Source: an uncultured Candidatus Saccharibacteria bacterium (GTDB lineage Bacteria; Patescibacteriota; Minisyncoccia; Minisyncoccales; JAGGXC01). From it: a DNA stretch of 47,753 nucleotides. The stretch lies in assembly GCA_964470765.1 (NCBI GenBank), contig CAYYDV010000002.1, forward strand, positions 1-47,753, in the 5' to 3' direction. Below the pieces are notes generated by a model. The model searched no databases and had not been told where the DNA came from. It was given only the letters and a program-made list of their open reading frames with translations. The position numbers were made by a program, and so were the translations under genes. Of this stretch, positions 17,692 to 27,404 are shown piece after piece. The first letter of the stretch is position 1. The number at the start of each line of letters is the position of its first letter.

Positions 17692-19087
17692 ATTTCTTAG
17701 ATGAATTATATTTTAGCCGATTAAAGTCTTCTATCTTCTTGACCTTAAACAACTTCTTCATCTCCAAGATACTTTCTTCCATTGTTTTTTGGGCTTTAAA
17801 ATCTAACACCTTTGCAATCTTATCAAAAGAAACATTATAATCCCTGATATCATTTTTTTCTCTTTGAACCTCTATTTTCGCATCAGGAATAATTTTTTTA
17901 ACAGCCTGGCCAACTTCTAAAATTCTATAATTCTGTGAATTTTCTCCTACATTAAATATTTCACCCCCGCTTTTCTCGATTGGAAATTCAACCCATCTTA
18001 AACAAGCCTCAGCAGCATCACTAACATCTAAATTTGGCCTCCATTGTTTCCCTCCAAAAATAGTAATTTTTTTATTAACTAGTGCTTTTGCTGTTAATAA
18101 ATTAATTACCAAATCAAACCTCATCAGGGGAGAAACACCATAAAGAGTGGCAAATCGAAAGATGGTAGGAGAAAAATTTTCATCAGCAAGATCTAAAATA
18201 CCTTCTTCTGATTTTAATTTTGTTTCAGCATACAAAGAAACTGGGTTCAAAAAAGAATTCTCTCTAAGTCTATCTTTTGGACTCTTATTTGCCCCATAAA
18301 CACTACAAGTAGAAGCAAATAGAAGTTTATTGATTTGATTAAATCTACATGCCTCAGCAATAGCTTTAGTGGATAAATAATTTATTTCAATAGTATCTTT
18401 AGGATCTATCTGGCAAGCTGGATCACCAACAATTGCTGCTAAATGAATTACCGCATCTACTCCCTTTAGGGCTTCTATAACTTCTGAAATATTTCTAACA
18501 TCTCCTTTCAAGAATTCAAAATTCTTATTTTTATACAATTCTCTTATTCCCTTGTCGCCATAAGTTAAATTATCTAATATTCTAATTTTGTATCCTTGGT
18601 TTAATAATTTTCGACAAAGTACTGAACCCAAATATCCGGCTCCACCGGTGAGAAGAATTTTTTTAACTCCTTCTCTGTTAAACTCTAGTTGATACTTTGA
18701 TAGTTGAAAAACATTTTTCTCATTAATATAGACAAAAATAACATCTTTTATCTTTCCGGTTTCCTCAACTACCGGAATTTTTAAGAAGCCGCTAAATGAT
18801 ATTCTCTTTTTTATCTCTTTGACAGTCTTGGAATCTAAAAGTTCCCTTTCCCCAACTTTGCCCTTAATCACTATCGGATTCCTGTTGGTAATATCCTTGA
18901 CTGGTTTTTCAATATTTATTCCTTTCAGAATAGCCCGCCTTATGTCGCCATTAGTAACTACTCCAAAAAACTTTTTACCTTTATCAGTAACAAAAGCTAT
19001 TCCTAAACCCCCTTTATCAATTATCCTCATTGTCTTTTTTATTGAGGAATTTTTGTTTATTAAGAGTTGATTGATTTTTTCTTTCAT
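17684..19087 (-). CDS. Fusion protein: N-terminal CBS-pair domain plus NAD-dependent epimerase/dehydratase (extended SDR)
   Basis: 467 aa. Residues 1 to about 135 contain CBS-like segments (IKKTMRIIDKGGLGIAFVTD...GVVTNGDIRRAI and IPVVEETGKIKDVI). The SDR part follows, with ILLTGGAGYLGSVL, IHLAAIVGDP and YAETKLKSE (YxxxK). Confidence 0.8.
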   Translation of the reverse strand: MKEKINQLLINKNSSIKKTMRIIDKGGLGIAFVTDKGKKFFGVVTNGDIRRAILKGINIEKPVKDITNRNPIVIKGKVGERELLDSKTVKEIKKRISFSGFLKIPVVEETGKIKDVIFVYINEKNVFQLSKYQLEFNREGVKKILLTGGAGYLGSVLCRKLLNQGYKIRILDNLTYGDKGIRELYKNKNFEFLKGDVRNISEVIEALKGVDAVIHLAAIVGDPACQIDPKDTIEINYLSTKAIAEACRFNQINKLLFASTCSVYGANKSPKDRLRENSFLNPVSLYAETKLKSEEGILDLADENFSPTIFRFATLYGVSPLMRFDLVINLLTAKALVNKKITIFGGKQWRPNLDVSDAAEACLRWVEFPIEKSGGEIFNVGENSQNYRILEVGQAVKKIIPDAKIEVQREKNDIRDYNVSFDKIAKVLDFKAQKTMEESILEMKKLFKVKKIEDFNRLKYNSSKKYV

Positions 19088-19110
19088 ACTTTAAAATGCT
19101 TTAATTTTCC

Positions 19111-19767
19111 TCACTCTTTATAAATTTTTAGTATGTATTTGTGACCTTTATTTTTAAAAAAAACGGGGTATCTCTCGTTATCTGCTACTCGAAAACTATT
19201 AAAAAGCTGAATAATGGGTTTATGAATGTCAATTTCACTATCTTTGGGGGTTCGTTTTTTATAAAATGTTTCTTTCTCTTTTTGTTTCCTTCCCGTTACA
19301 TTTGGATAATTCTTTACAAATTTTAATACAAGTTCATTTGTCTTTCTTCCTAACTTTTCTCTCAGTTCCTCAACCAATTCGTGTCCTTCAAATTTTATAA
19401 CATCTTGAAAGTAGATTAAGCCACTATCTACCTTCTCAGCAGCTTCAAACAAAGTAATGGGTATCTTGTTCTTCCCCTCTAATATCTGCCAAGTTGACGG
19501 TGCAAAGCCTTTGCCTCTAGGTAAAGCACTGGCATGGGCAACTAAATTATACCTGTGAAGACTTAAAATTTTCTTGCCAATAATATGGGGCCAACTGAGA
19601 ATAACTAAAATCTCTCCTTTTTTAATTTTATTCTCATAAGTTATCAGTTCGGTTCTGTATCTTTTGGATTTTAATATGGCTTTCAATTTTTTTACATAGG
19701 GTACAACCCAACTATTCCTATCTACCAAAAGTTGAATATGTAAATTTTTCTTGTTCGTATGGTTCAT
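19111..19767 (-). CDS. Formyltransferase-family protein (Fmt N-domain-like, divergent active-site motif)
   Basis: 218 aa with YNLVAHASALPRGKGFAPSTWQILEG...ITLFEAAEKVDSGLI. The fold motif is present, but the usual N-x-H is replaced by V-A-H. Confidence 0.6.
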   Translation of the reverse strand: MNHTNKKNLHIQLLVDRNSWVVPYVKKLKAILKSKRYRTELITYENKIKKGEILVILSWPHIIGKKILSLHRYNLVAHASALPRGKGFAPSTWQILEGKNKIPITLFEAAEKVDSGLIYFQDVIKFEGHELVEELREKLGRKTNELVLKFVKNYPNVTGRKQKEKETFYKKRTPKDSEIDIHKPIIQLFNSFRVADNERYPVFFKNKGHKYILKIYKE

Positions 19768-19795
19768 GTTAGTTATTCTTTGTTAGTCAGACCTT

Positions 19796-19993
19796 TTATT
19801 TATCTTTTATTGGTTTAAAATCTACACAACTCCATCCGATTTTTACATCATCTTCAATTTCTGCTCCTTTATTCGCATCAATTGCAGTAAAAGAACCTAT
19901 TCCAGTGTTTTTACCTAATTTAAAGTTTTCGGGATAAAGCACTCGCCAATACCATTGGGTTAATCCTTTTTCATTGAATTTTGGCTTTTCCAT
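19796..19993 (-). pseudogene. Probable truncated left-handed beta-helix (hexapeptide-repeat) acetyltransferase; only the N-terminal 65 codons remain
   Basis: The sequence MEKPKFNEKGLTQWYWRVLYPENFKLGKNTGIGSFTAIDANKGAEIEDDVKIGWSCV... covers only about 2-3 hexapeptide turns before the stop. The next gene starts 28 nt downstream, so the rest of the helix is absent. Confidence 0.45.
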
Positions 19994-19997
19994 AATT

Positions 19998-20714
19998 TTA
20001 GTAGCTTCTTAAACCTTTAATGAAGCCATATTTAGCAAATAATTGTTCTTTTCCAATTCTAACCTTTTCTTTGTTGGCCGTAATACTGGCTCCGTGTCGT
20101 TGATAAATAAAAAGTGGCTGAGAAATGTATGCACTTTTATATTTTTTTTGAGCTTTAATTAATAAATCATATTCTGGAAAAATTAAATTTTCATCATACA
20201 ATCCCGTTTCCTCCAATATTCTCTTTCTAAACATAATCCCCACAGCGACGCTATTAAAAACATTATCTCTCAAAGAAACTATCTTCTGTTTACCACTTGT
20301 CATATCTTTTTCATAATAATCGCAGTATACAAAATCTATGTCTTTTTCATTTTCAAAAACGTCGAGCATCTTTTTTAGAATCTCTGGCTTAAACAAATCA
20401 TCACTGTCTAATAAAATTACGTAGGCCCCTCTGGCTTGAATTATGCCCGTATTGAGCGCCCTTATGTGTCCTTTGTGTTTTTGTCTTATCAGCTTTATTT
20501 TATCTTCATAGGAACTCAGAATCTTTTCTGTCTCATCAGTTGAACCATCATCAACCACCACGATTTCGTATATTTTTGGGTTGATTGTCTGACGGAAAAC
20601 ACTTTCAATAGCCTTTCTAACAAAACGGCTTGCGTTATAGGCGCGGATAATGACAGAAATTTGTGGTAAACTATTTTTCTTTCTCATAATGTTATTACTT
20701 TTGTAATATATCAT
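19998..20714 (-). CDS. GT2 family glycosyltransferase
   Basis: 238 aa with ISVIIRAYNASRFVRKAIESVFRQT, VVVDDGSTDET and ILLDSDD (DxD). Confidence 0.85.
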   Translation of the reverse strand: MIYYKSNNIMRKKNSLPQISVIIRAYNASRFVRKAIESVFRQTINPKIYEIVVVDDGSTDETEKILSSYEDKIKLIRQKHKGHIRALNTGIIQARGAYVILLDSDDLFKPEILKKMLDVFENEKDIDFVYCDYYEKDMTSGKQKIVSLRDNVFNSVAVGIMFRKRILEETGLYDENLIFPEYDLLIKAQKKYKSAYISQPLFIYQRHGASITANKEKVRIGKEQLFAKYGFIKGLRSY

Positions 20715-21807
20715 CCCAAGTAATGCCTTTGGCTTGGGGAATATTTCTTACTGCTTTGTATCCCTTTATTAATAATTCGTAATACTTGGGCTTCAATCCC
20801 CTTTTTTTCTTGCCAGGTCGCAAGACAATAATATTATTTCTGGTAAATTTTTCTCCTTTTTTTATATTTCTCTTGGCAAAAAGACAGCGATAAGTAAAAT
20901 CTCTGAGCCATTTTTCTCCCGGGTAGGTCTTTCTTTCAGAAGTACCAAGAAGAATAGGATCAATCTTAATCCTTTTCCCCTTTTTCATTTCCTTTTCAGT
21001 TTTCCTGATTGTTTTAACCATTAAGGTTAATTCAGCAGGATTAAGAGCAAATGAGTGGTCAGGACCAGGAAAGTTTCTATCTAAAGTAATATGTTTTTCA
21101 ATAATTTTAGCTCCCAGGGCTACGGCTGCTCGAGGAGCAATTACCGGATCAGAACTATGGTCAGAGTATCCCACAACCACATCGGGAAAAACTATCTGTA
21201 AGGTGGTAATTATACTGAGATTCAAAGATTCAAGGGGTGCTGGATATTGTCCAATACAATGCAATAAAGCTATATTTTGGTTCCCTTCTTTCTGGAAAAC
21301 CTCCATTGCTTCAGCTACCTCTGGTAATGTCGCTCCACCGCAAGAAAATATAATGGGTTTCTTTTTTTTAGCAATGTGTCGGATGAGGGGAATGTGAGTA
21401 ATTTCATAGGATGTATTTTTATAGGCATCTCCTCCATATTTTTCTAAAATGTCGGCACTTTCTTCATCGCAAACACTAGAGAAAAATTCCAAGCCTTTTT
21501 TCTTTGTATAATTCCTTAGCCTTGGTACCCAGTCAATTGGTAATTCTCTTTCTTTAATAATCTTAACTATGTCTTTTTTTTCACCTCTAGCAGTCAGATA
21601 TTTCCCTGCTTCTTTGGGATACATTCTTTCTGCCTTAAATAATTGAAATTTTACAGCGCTACAGCCAGCTTTTACGGCCGCCTTTATCAAGGTAGTCGCC
21701 TGTTCGTATTTACCATCAAAATTAATCCCTATCTCTGCCACAACAAAACAAGGATTATCCCCTCCTACTTTTGTTTTCCCTATAATAATTTCTTTTTTAT
21801 TCCCCAT
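20695..21807 (-). CDS. NeuB-family nonulosonic acid synthase (NeuB/LegI/PseI type) with a C-terminal SAF domain
   Basis: CFVVAEIGINFDGKYEQATTLIKAAVKAGCSAVKFQLF, GYSDHS and EKHITLDR are present, and the C-terminal FAKRNIKKGEKFTRNNIIVLRPG is SAF-like. The ATG at 21807 (MGNKKEIIIGK) fits the family N-terminus better than the track start at 21861. Confidence 0.9.
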   Translation of the reverse strand: MGNKKEIIIGKTKVGGDNPCFVVAEIGINFDGKYEQATTLIKAAVKAGCSAVKFQLFKAERMYPKEAGKYLTARGEKKDIVKIIKERELPIDWVPRLRNYTKKKGLEFFSSVCDEESADILEKYGGDAYKNTSYEITHIPLIRHIAKKKKPIIFSCGGATLPEVAEAMEVFQKEGNQNIALLHCIGQYPAPLESLNLSIITTLQIVFPDVVVGYSDHSSDPVIAPRAAVALGAKIIEKHITLDRNFPGPDHSFALNPAELTLMVKTIRKTEKEMKKGKRIKIDPILLGTSERKTYPGEKWLRDFTYRCLFAKRNIKKGEKFTRNNIIVLRPGKKKRGLKPKYYELLIKGYKAVRNIPQAKGITWDDILQK

Positions 21808-22999
21808 CTTTTTTGTAATAATTAACAATTTTTTTAATGGCCGATATAACATCTTCGGCATCTTCTAAACTCATTGTTGAATGAATAGGTAAAGAAATCA
21901 CTCTCTCGTAAACATATTCAGTATTGGGAAAATCTCCTTTTTTAAACTTAAATGTTTTTTTGTAATAGGGATGGAAATGAACAGGAATAAAATGAACACT
22001 TGCACCAATATTCTCAGCTTTTAGGACTTCGATAAACTTATTCCTATCTATATTCAATAAATCAGTGTTAATCAAAACAGGGTAAAGATACCAGGCATGT
22101 CTTACCTCTTTTTTTATTTTTGGAATTACTATCTCTGGCATTTGCTCAAAAGCATTTTTATACATTTGGACAATTTTTTCTTTTTTCTTAATAAATCTCT
22201 CTAATTTTTCTAACTGATGAATTCCCAAAGAAGCTTGAATATCGGTCATATTATCCTTGTAGCCCGGCTGTAATACTTCATAATACCAAGAACCCCTAGA
22301 AGAATATCTTTTCCAAGCATCCTTGCTAATTCCATGTAAACTCAATATTTTAAGTTTCCTTGCCAATTTACTATCTTGAAGACAAATCATTCCACCCTCA
22401 GCGGTGGTTAAATTTTTTGCGGCATAAAAGCTAAAGCAGGTATAATCCCCGATTGTTCCAATTTTTTTTCCTTTGTATTTAGCGCCGATGGCATGAGCAG
22501 CATCTTCAATAACCACTAAATTATGTCTTTTAGCAATCTTTAAAATTTCATCCATCTGGCAGGGTTGACCAGCATAATGAACAGGGATAATCGCCTTGGT
22601 TCTTTTGGTAATTGCCTTCTCAATTTTTAAAGGGTCAATATTAAAAGTATCTTTCTTAATGTCAACAAAAACCGGCCGACCCCCTTGATGTAAAATTACA
22701 TTAGCTGTTGAAATAAAAGTAAAAGGGGTGGTTATCACTTCATCTCCTGAACCGATATTAGCTGCCACCAAAGAAAGATGCAAGCCAGCTGTACAAGAAC
22801 TTAGGGCAATCGCCTCTTTGCAGCCAATATATTCTCTAACCATCTTCTCAAATCTTTGAACCTTAGGACCGGTGGTAAGCCAACCTGACTTTAAGGTATC
22901 AACCACTTCTTTTATTTCCTCTTTTTCGATTGTTGGTCGAAAGGGCAGTAAGAATTTTTTTCTTGTTGGTTTCCCTCCAATTATTGCTGGTTTTAGCAT
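21797..22999 (-). CDS. DegT/DnrJ/EryC1 family sugar aminotransferase (PseC/LegC-like)
   Basis: 400 aa with IEDAAHAIGAKYKGKKIG and FSFYAAKNLTTAEGGMI (the catalytic Lys). Confidence 0.9.
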   Translation of the reverse strand: MLKPAIIGGKPTRKKFLLPFRPTIEKEEIKEVVDTLKSGWLTTGPKVQRFEKMVREYIGCKEAIALSSCTAGLHLSLVAANIGSGDEVITTPFTFISTANVILHQGGRPVFVDIKKDTFNIDPLKIEKAITKRTKAIIPVHYAGQPCQMDEILKIAKRHNLVVIEDAAHAIGAKYKGKKIGTIGDYTCFSFYAAKNLTTAEGGMICLQDSKLARKLKILSLHGISKDAWKRYSSRGSWYYEVLQPGYKDNMTDIQASLGIHQLEKLERFIKKKEKIVQMYKNAFEQMPEIVIPKIKKEVRHAWYLYPVLINTDLLNIDRNKFIEVLKAENIGASVHFIPVHFHPYYKKTFKFKKGDFPNTEYVYERVISLPIHSTMSLEDAEDVISAIKKIVNYYKKDGE

Positions 23000-23029
23000 A
23001 AAATTTAATGTTTGACTTGATATGATTAT

Positions 23030-24679
23030 TTAATTGAACGGATTTATAATATCCTCTTTATTTATAATCTTCTGGCAAATCTTCATTATCTGACTATTAT
23101 CGCTTAATAATTTTTCAATTCTCCATACATTTTTCCAGTTGACTGTTGACAACTTATCATCTCTATATACAGGAACTCTTATCGTTAACATAATGTAATA
23201 AAAATAGGTATATTTCTTTGCTAATTTTATGTTAGCTCTGGCAAAAGAAATCAGTTTCTCTGGATTATCAAGCAAGTTCAGATATTCTTCTACTGTCTTA
23301 ATCCTATGGGCTATACCCGCGTCCTTGTAATGACTACTACCGGCAACTAAAACTGGTACTCCCTGGGTTGCCACTTCCATGCCAATTGTTCCATTGAATG
23401 TTATACAGATATCTCCCGGAGCAATTAAATCATACGCTCTTAAAGGAATGTTTGCTTTCAGAACTACAATGTTCTCCGGTAAATTTGGATGTTTCTTATA
23501 AATATAATCCGTTATGCCTTTGGTGTTTTTTTCAACTAATTCAAAAGGATGTGGTTTAATAATTAACTGATAATCTGTCTTTTTCTGAAAATAATCAATC
23601 GTTGTATCAAGCCAAGCAAAAATATCTTTGAAAATAATAGAACCTCGACTCTCAACACAAGCATCCCAAGCTAAATTAGGATATAACACATAACGTCTTA
23701 AATATCTTTTATCGTGTGGGATAAGAAGCGACCTGTCTTTTGATGATTTATCAAAATTAACCGCACATAATGAATGGTCATCTGCAGCACCCTTTAATCT
23801 AGTAGACATGTAGGCATCAATTTGAGATTCTTCTTCTTTTGATAAAGAACGTTGGCTAAAATTATTCCATATTTCTTTGGAAGCCAGTTTATATCTTCTG
23901 TTATTACGATTGAAGAAAAAACTGCCAAAACGAAAAACTACCTGACCATAAACAATTACCTCAACACCTTTTTCCCGAAAATAATCAAAAAAAGGTCCTA
24001 ATCCACTGTAAATACCATGCATAATAAAAATCATTTCCGGTTTTTCTTTGAGATATATTTCATTGGCAACTTTCGTCGCAATCATCGCATAAATAACCTT
24101 TTTCCTAAATGTTGCTATCACCTCAGGATTACTTAAATCAAATTGGCCTGAAAGGTAGAATCGGATGGTAGAAGCCCGAGCATGTTCACTTACTTTAACT
24201 CCGAAATATTTATAATCCATGAGTTCTTCTATTTCCATATCTGATACTATTCTTTTTATTTCTTCAATCTCTGAATCCGAAATATATTGTTTATAGGAAA
24301 TCCAATCCAGATTCAAAGAATTCTTCACTAAAGACCCTAGAGTCTTGCAGCTAAAACATTGATTCTTTTGATCCTTAAAAGCTGTATCTACATCACAGGA
24401 GCCCAAAACTCCATCACAAGATAGAAGTTTAACATCACAACCTAATCTCTTAAAAGCATGTCCAAAAACCGCATCGAAATAAAGCCAACTTGAAACGGCA
24501 ATTGTTCTAATTGTAGGAATAATAATTTTACAATTACCTTTTGGCAAATCATGTTTAATCCTTTTAAAAATAAGGTTAGCTCTAATAATACATAAAATGC
24601 TCCAAAAAAATAAAACTGTTCTATGTAAAATTTTATTCCCTTTTATAAAATTTTTTATTTTTTTCCAAAGTTTAATCAT
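23030..24679 (-). CDS. Large uncharacterised putative transferase (GT-B-like, HP motif, N-terminal Cys cluster)
   Basis: 549 aa with an N-terminal hydrophobic segment, a Cys cluster (LLSCDGVLGSCD...QCFSCKTLG), LIIKPHPFE and FNGTIGMEVATQGVPVLV. Its size and context resemble uncharacterised transferases found beside nonulosonate genes; the family has not been verified. Confidence 0.4.
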   Translation of the reverse strand: MIKLWKKIKNFIKGNKILHRTVLFFWSILCIIRANLIFKRIKHDLPKGNCKIIIPTIRTIAVSSWLYFDAVFGHAFKRLGCDVKLLSCDGVLGSCDVDTAFKDQKNQCFSCKTLGSLVKNSLNLDWISYKQYISDSEIEEIKRIVSDMEIEELMDYKYFGVKVSEHARASTIRFYLSGQFDLSNPEVIATFRKKVIYAMIATKVANEIYLKEKPEMIFIMHGIYSGLGPFFDYFREKGVEVIVYGQVVFRFGSFFFNRNNRRYKLASKEIWNNFSQRSLSKEEESQIDAYMSTRLKGAADDHSLCAVNFDKSSKDRSLLIPHDKRYLRRYVLYPNLAWDACVESRGSIIFKDIFAWLDTTIDYFQKKTDYQLIIKPHPFELVEKNTKGITDYIYKKHPNLPENIVVLKANIPLRAYDLIAPGDICITFNGTIGMEVATQGVPVLVAGSSHYKDAGIAHRIKTVEEYLNLLDNPEKLISFARANIKLAKKYTYFYYIMLTIRVPVYRDDKLSTVNWKNVWRIEKLLSDNSQIMKICQKIINKEDIINPFN

Positions 24680-24683
24680 AAAT

Positions 24684-25310
24684 TTAAGTTCTAAAAAGGA
24701 TTATAGCACTATGGCTATTGAGTCTATTGATTTCAATCATTTCAATGGGTTCTAAGTTGATTAAAGAAAGCATATCTTGAACACTACGAACAATCTCATT
24801 GCCATATTTCTGTTCTTGTGGTTTGTAAAACGGTTGAAATGTTAAAAAATATCCATTCTTCTTTAATACATTTTCCATTAAATAGTTCATTATCTCTCGA
24901 AATTCAGGCAGGATATACCACATCAGTCCCGACATTATTATTAAATCAAACTTTTCCTTAATCTTTTTATATTCTTTTTTAATATCCATTACTCTGAAAT
25001 CAATATCGGAGTAATCTCGTTTAGCTTTTTTGATGGCCATGGGTGCAACATCTACCGCTAAGATTTCGGCTTTCGGCAGTTGCTTTCTTAATCTGGCAGT
25101 AAATGCTCCCCTTCCACATCCAATATCTAACACTTTTGTTCCTTTTAAGTTAATCCTATCAAGCAGGCAAAGCATTAAATCATACTGGAGAGCTTGAGCT
25201 TCTCCGCAATACCAAGGGTCATCAATATTCTGATACATTTCCTCAAACTTTCCAATAAATTTGCCATCCTTAATGACGTAGTCGTGATAATCTTTAGATT
25301 CAAATATCAT
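24684..25310 (-). CDS. Class I SAM-dependent methyltransferase (NodS-like)
   Basis: 208 aa with an N-terminal ...YQNIDDPW... segment and VLDIGCGRGAFT. Confidence 0.8.
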   Translation of the reverse strand: MIFESKDYHDYVIKDGKFIGKFEEMYQNIDDPWYCGEAQALQYDLMLCLLDRINLKGTKVLDIGCGRGAFTARLRKQLPKAEILAVDVAPMAIKKAKRDYSDIDFRVMDIKKEYKKIKEKFDLIIMSGLMWYILPEFREIMNYLMENVLKKNGYFLTFQPFYKPQEQKYGNEIVRSVQDMLSLINLEPIEMIEINRLNSHSAIILFRT

Positions 25311-25369
25311 AAATTTTGTTCTTTAGATTTGACCATTTTTTATTTTTTATTTTAACATACTAAACTTTT

Positions 25370-26128
25370 TTATTCATTATTACCAGAAAATTGCCTTGAT
25401 AGATGTATTATATTTGCTACTAAATACAAGATAAACATTAATAAAGAAAGTATTAGAGACAATATTAAACATTCTTTAATAATATTAAATATAGGACCAA
25501 TAATAAGAATTAAGGTAGCGGCTTCAAGTGAAGTAAAGAGAGGAATGAGTCGTTTTTTTTCAAAATAGTCCTTGATTTCTTTTATTCTTCCAAAAAAATT
25601 ATATCTGTTAGTTTCTGTCTTTAATCTTTGTTCTTTCTTTATATAGAAATCTTCTGCCTGTTCTCGTTTGATTCCAAATAAATATATAGTAAACCATAAC
25701 AAGATAATACCCACACCCAATAGCAAGAAATCGCCCTGATTATTAATTCTAAACTGACCATAAGCAAGAGCAAAAATATTCAAATACATGAAGAATTGAT
25801 CAAGAGAGCCATCTAAAAACATTGCTACCGGAGAGCCTTGTTTTTTTACTCTGGCTATTTTTCCATCTGACCAATCTAAAACAGCAGCTAATCCAAATAA
25901 TAAAGTTCCTAAAACTAAATAAGGCGGTACCCCCTGAAAAAAACACCAAGCAGAAGACAGTCCGGCCAAAAAACCTAAAAGAGTAATCTGAATAGATTTA
26001 ATTTTTGTAAAATTAGCTGCAAACCAAACTAATCTTGTAGAAATAGGATCAAAAACTAAAAATGATGCCAAAGGAACTTTGGGGTGACGAATTTTTTTTA
26101 TGTCTTCAATAGAATATTTTATTTTCAT
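25370..26128 (-). CDS. CDP-alcohol phosphatidyltransferase family membrane protein
   Basis: The segment LDWSDGKIARVKKQGSPVAMFLDGSLD fits D-x2-DG-x2-AR-x8-(G>A)-x3-D-x3-D. The protein is polytopic. Confidence 0.75.
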   Translation of the reverse strand: MKIKYSIEDIKKIRHPKVPLASFLVFDPISTRLVWFAANFTKIKSIQITLLGFLAGLSSAWCFFQGVPPYLVLGTLLFGLAAVLDWSDGKIARVKKQGSPVAMFLDGSLDQFFMYLNIFALAYGQFRINNQGDFLLLGVGIILLWFTIYLFGIKREQAEDFYIKKEQRLKTETNRYNFFGRIKEIKDYFEKKRLIPLFTSLEAATLILIIGPIFNIIKECLILSLILSLLMFILYLVANIIHLSRQFSGNNE

Positions 26129-26134
26129 AGCAAA

Positions 26135-27346
26135 TTAAACTTCTCTTTTAAATTTCCACAATATAATCATTAAAATAGCAGTCATCATAGCTCCCAATAA
26201 CCAGAAATTAAATGCGTAATTCCAGCCAAAATTATCTAACAGAAATCCTGTTCCCACTCCGGTTAAGGCTGCTCCAATGTATCCCCAGCCATCAATAAAA
26301 CCTGTAGCTGAGGAAGCCATCTCTTTAGTGCCTAAATCCATAGGTAGAGCTGCTACTATTATCATATGAGGGCCATAAACAGTAAAACCAATCACGGCTA
26401 AAACCACTAAGCTAAGAAGCCAAGAATTTACTGGAATTTGAGGGAAAATCCAGATTGCCAAAATTAAGATCAGTAACATTAATACAGCCATTGGGGCTCG
26501 CCTACTCTGAAAGAGCTTATCTGAAAGCCAACCGGCAGTTAAAGCTCCTGCTGAACCGGCCAAAGGAAAGACCATAGCCTTATAAGCTGACAAAGAAATA
26601 GCTGCTTTCTGAACTTCAAAGAAGTAAGTAGGCGCCCAACTTAAAAACCCATATCTGACTATATTTAAAGCGAAAAGTGCTAAAGCAGCTACCCATATTC
26701 CTTTACTTCTTAAACATACCTTAACTGTATCCTTTATTCCGTTCGATTTTCTGCAAATTTCTACTGGTTCCAATCCAACATCTTCAGCTTTTTCTTTTAC
26801 CTTCAAAAACCAGTTTATAGCCAAAAATGGTACTATCATTGCTGGTACCCAGAAAGCCCATCTCCAACCTAATAATCCAACTACAAGTCCAGCTAAAGCC
26901 CAAGAGATTACATTACCAATCTGGTAAGAAGAACCTAAAATGCCAGATGCTTTTCCTCTTTCACGAACTGGAAACCAGTTTGATACTATTTTTACTGTTG
27001 GTGCCCAACCCATAGACTGGAAAAATCCGTTTAAGGCCCAAATTAGAATCATACCAGCCAAGAAATAACCAGTAAAACCAAATATTATATTAAGTACTGC
27101 CGAACCCAGCAAGCCTATTCCTACCAATTTTTTAGCGCTAAATTTATCTCCTAACTGTCCATTAATAAATTGACCGGCAGCATAAGCTATGAATAAAGCA
27201 GTTAGTACTCCACCAATAGCAGTTTTGGAAATACCAAACTCCCTTATAATTCCTGGAATAGCCACCGACATATTGACTCTCAGCAAGTAGAAGCTAGCGT
27301 AGGTAATCCAGCTGGTAAATAAAATTCTTTTTTGCCATTTGTTCAT
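26135..27346 (-). CDS. MFS transporter, organophosphate:phosphate antiporter (GlpT/UhpC-like) family
   Basis: 403 aa with 12 TM. The N-terminus WITYASFYLLRVNMSVAIPGIIREFGISKTAIGGVLTALFIAYAAGQFINGQLGDKF parallels the GlpT N-terminal region. Confidence 0.75.
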   Translation of the reverse strand: MNKWQKRILFTSWITYASFYLLRVNMSVAIPGIIREFGISKTAIGGVLTALFIAYAAGQFINGQLGDKFSAKKLVGIGLLGSAVLNIIFGFTGYFLAGMILIWALNGFFQSMGWAPTVKIVSNWFPVRERGKASGILGSSYQIGNVISWALAGLVVGLLGWRWAFWVPAMIVPFLAINWFLKVKEKAEDVGLEPVEICRKSNGIKDTVKVCLRSKGIWVAALALFALNIVRYGFLSWAPTYFFEVQKAAISLSAYKAMVFPLAGSAGALTAGWLSDKLFQSRRAPMAVLMLLILILAIWIFPQIPVNSWLLSLVVLAVIGFTVYGPHMIIVAALPMDLGTKEMASSATGFIDGWGYIGAALTGVGTGFLLDNFGWNYAFNFWLLGAMMTAILMIILWKFKREV

Positions 27347-27404
27347 ATTACTGTAAAGAATTTAATTTGGATGTAAGCAATCTTGGAATAGTGATTTTCT
27401 AACG

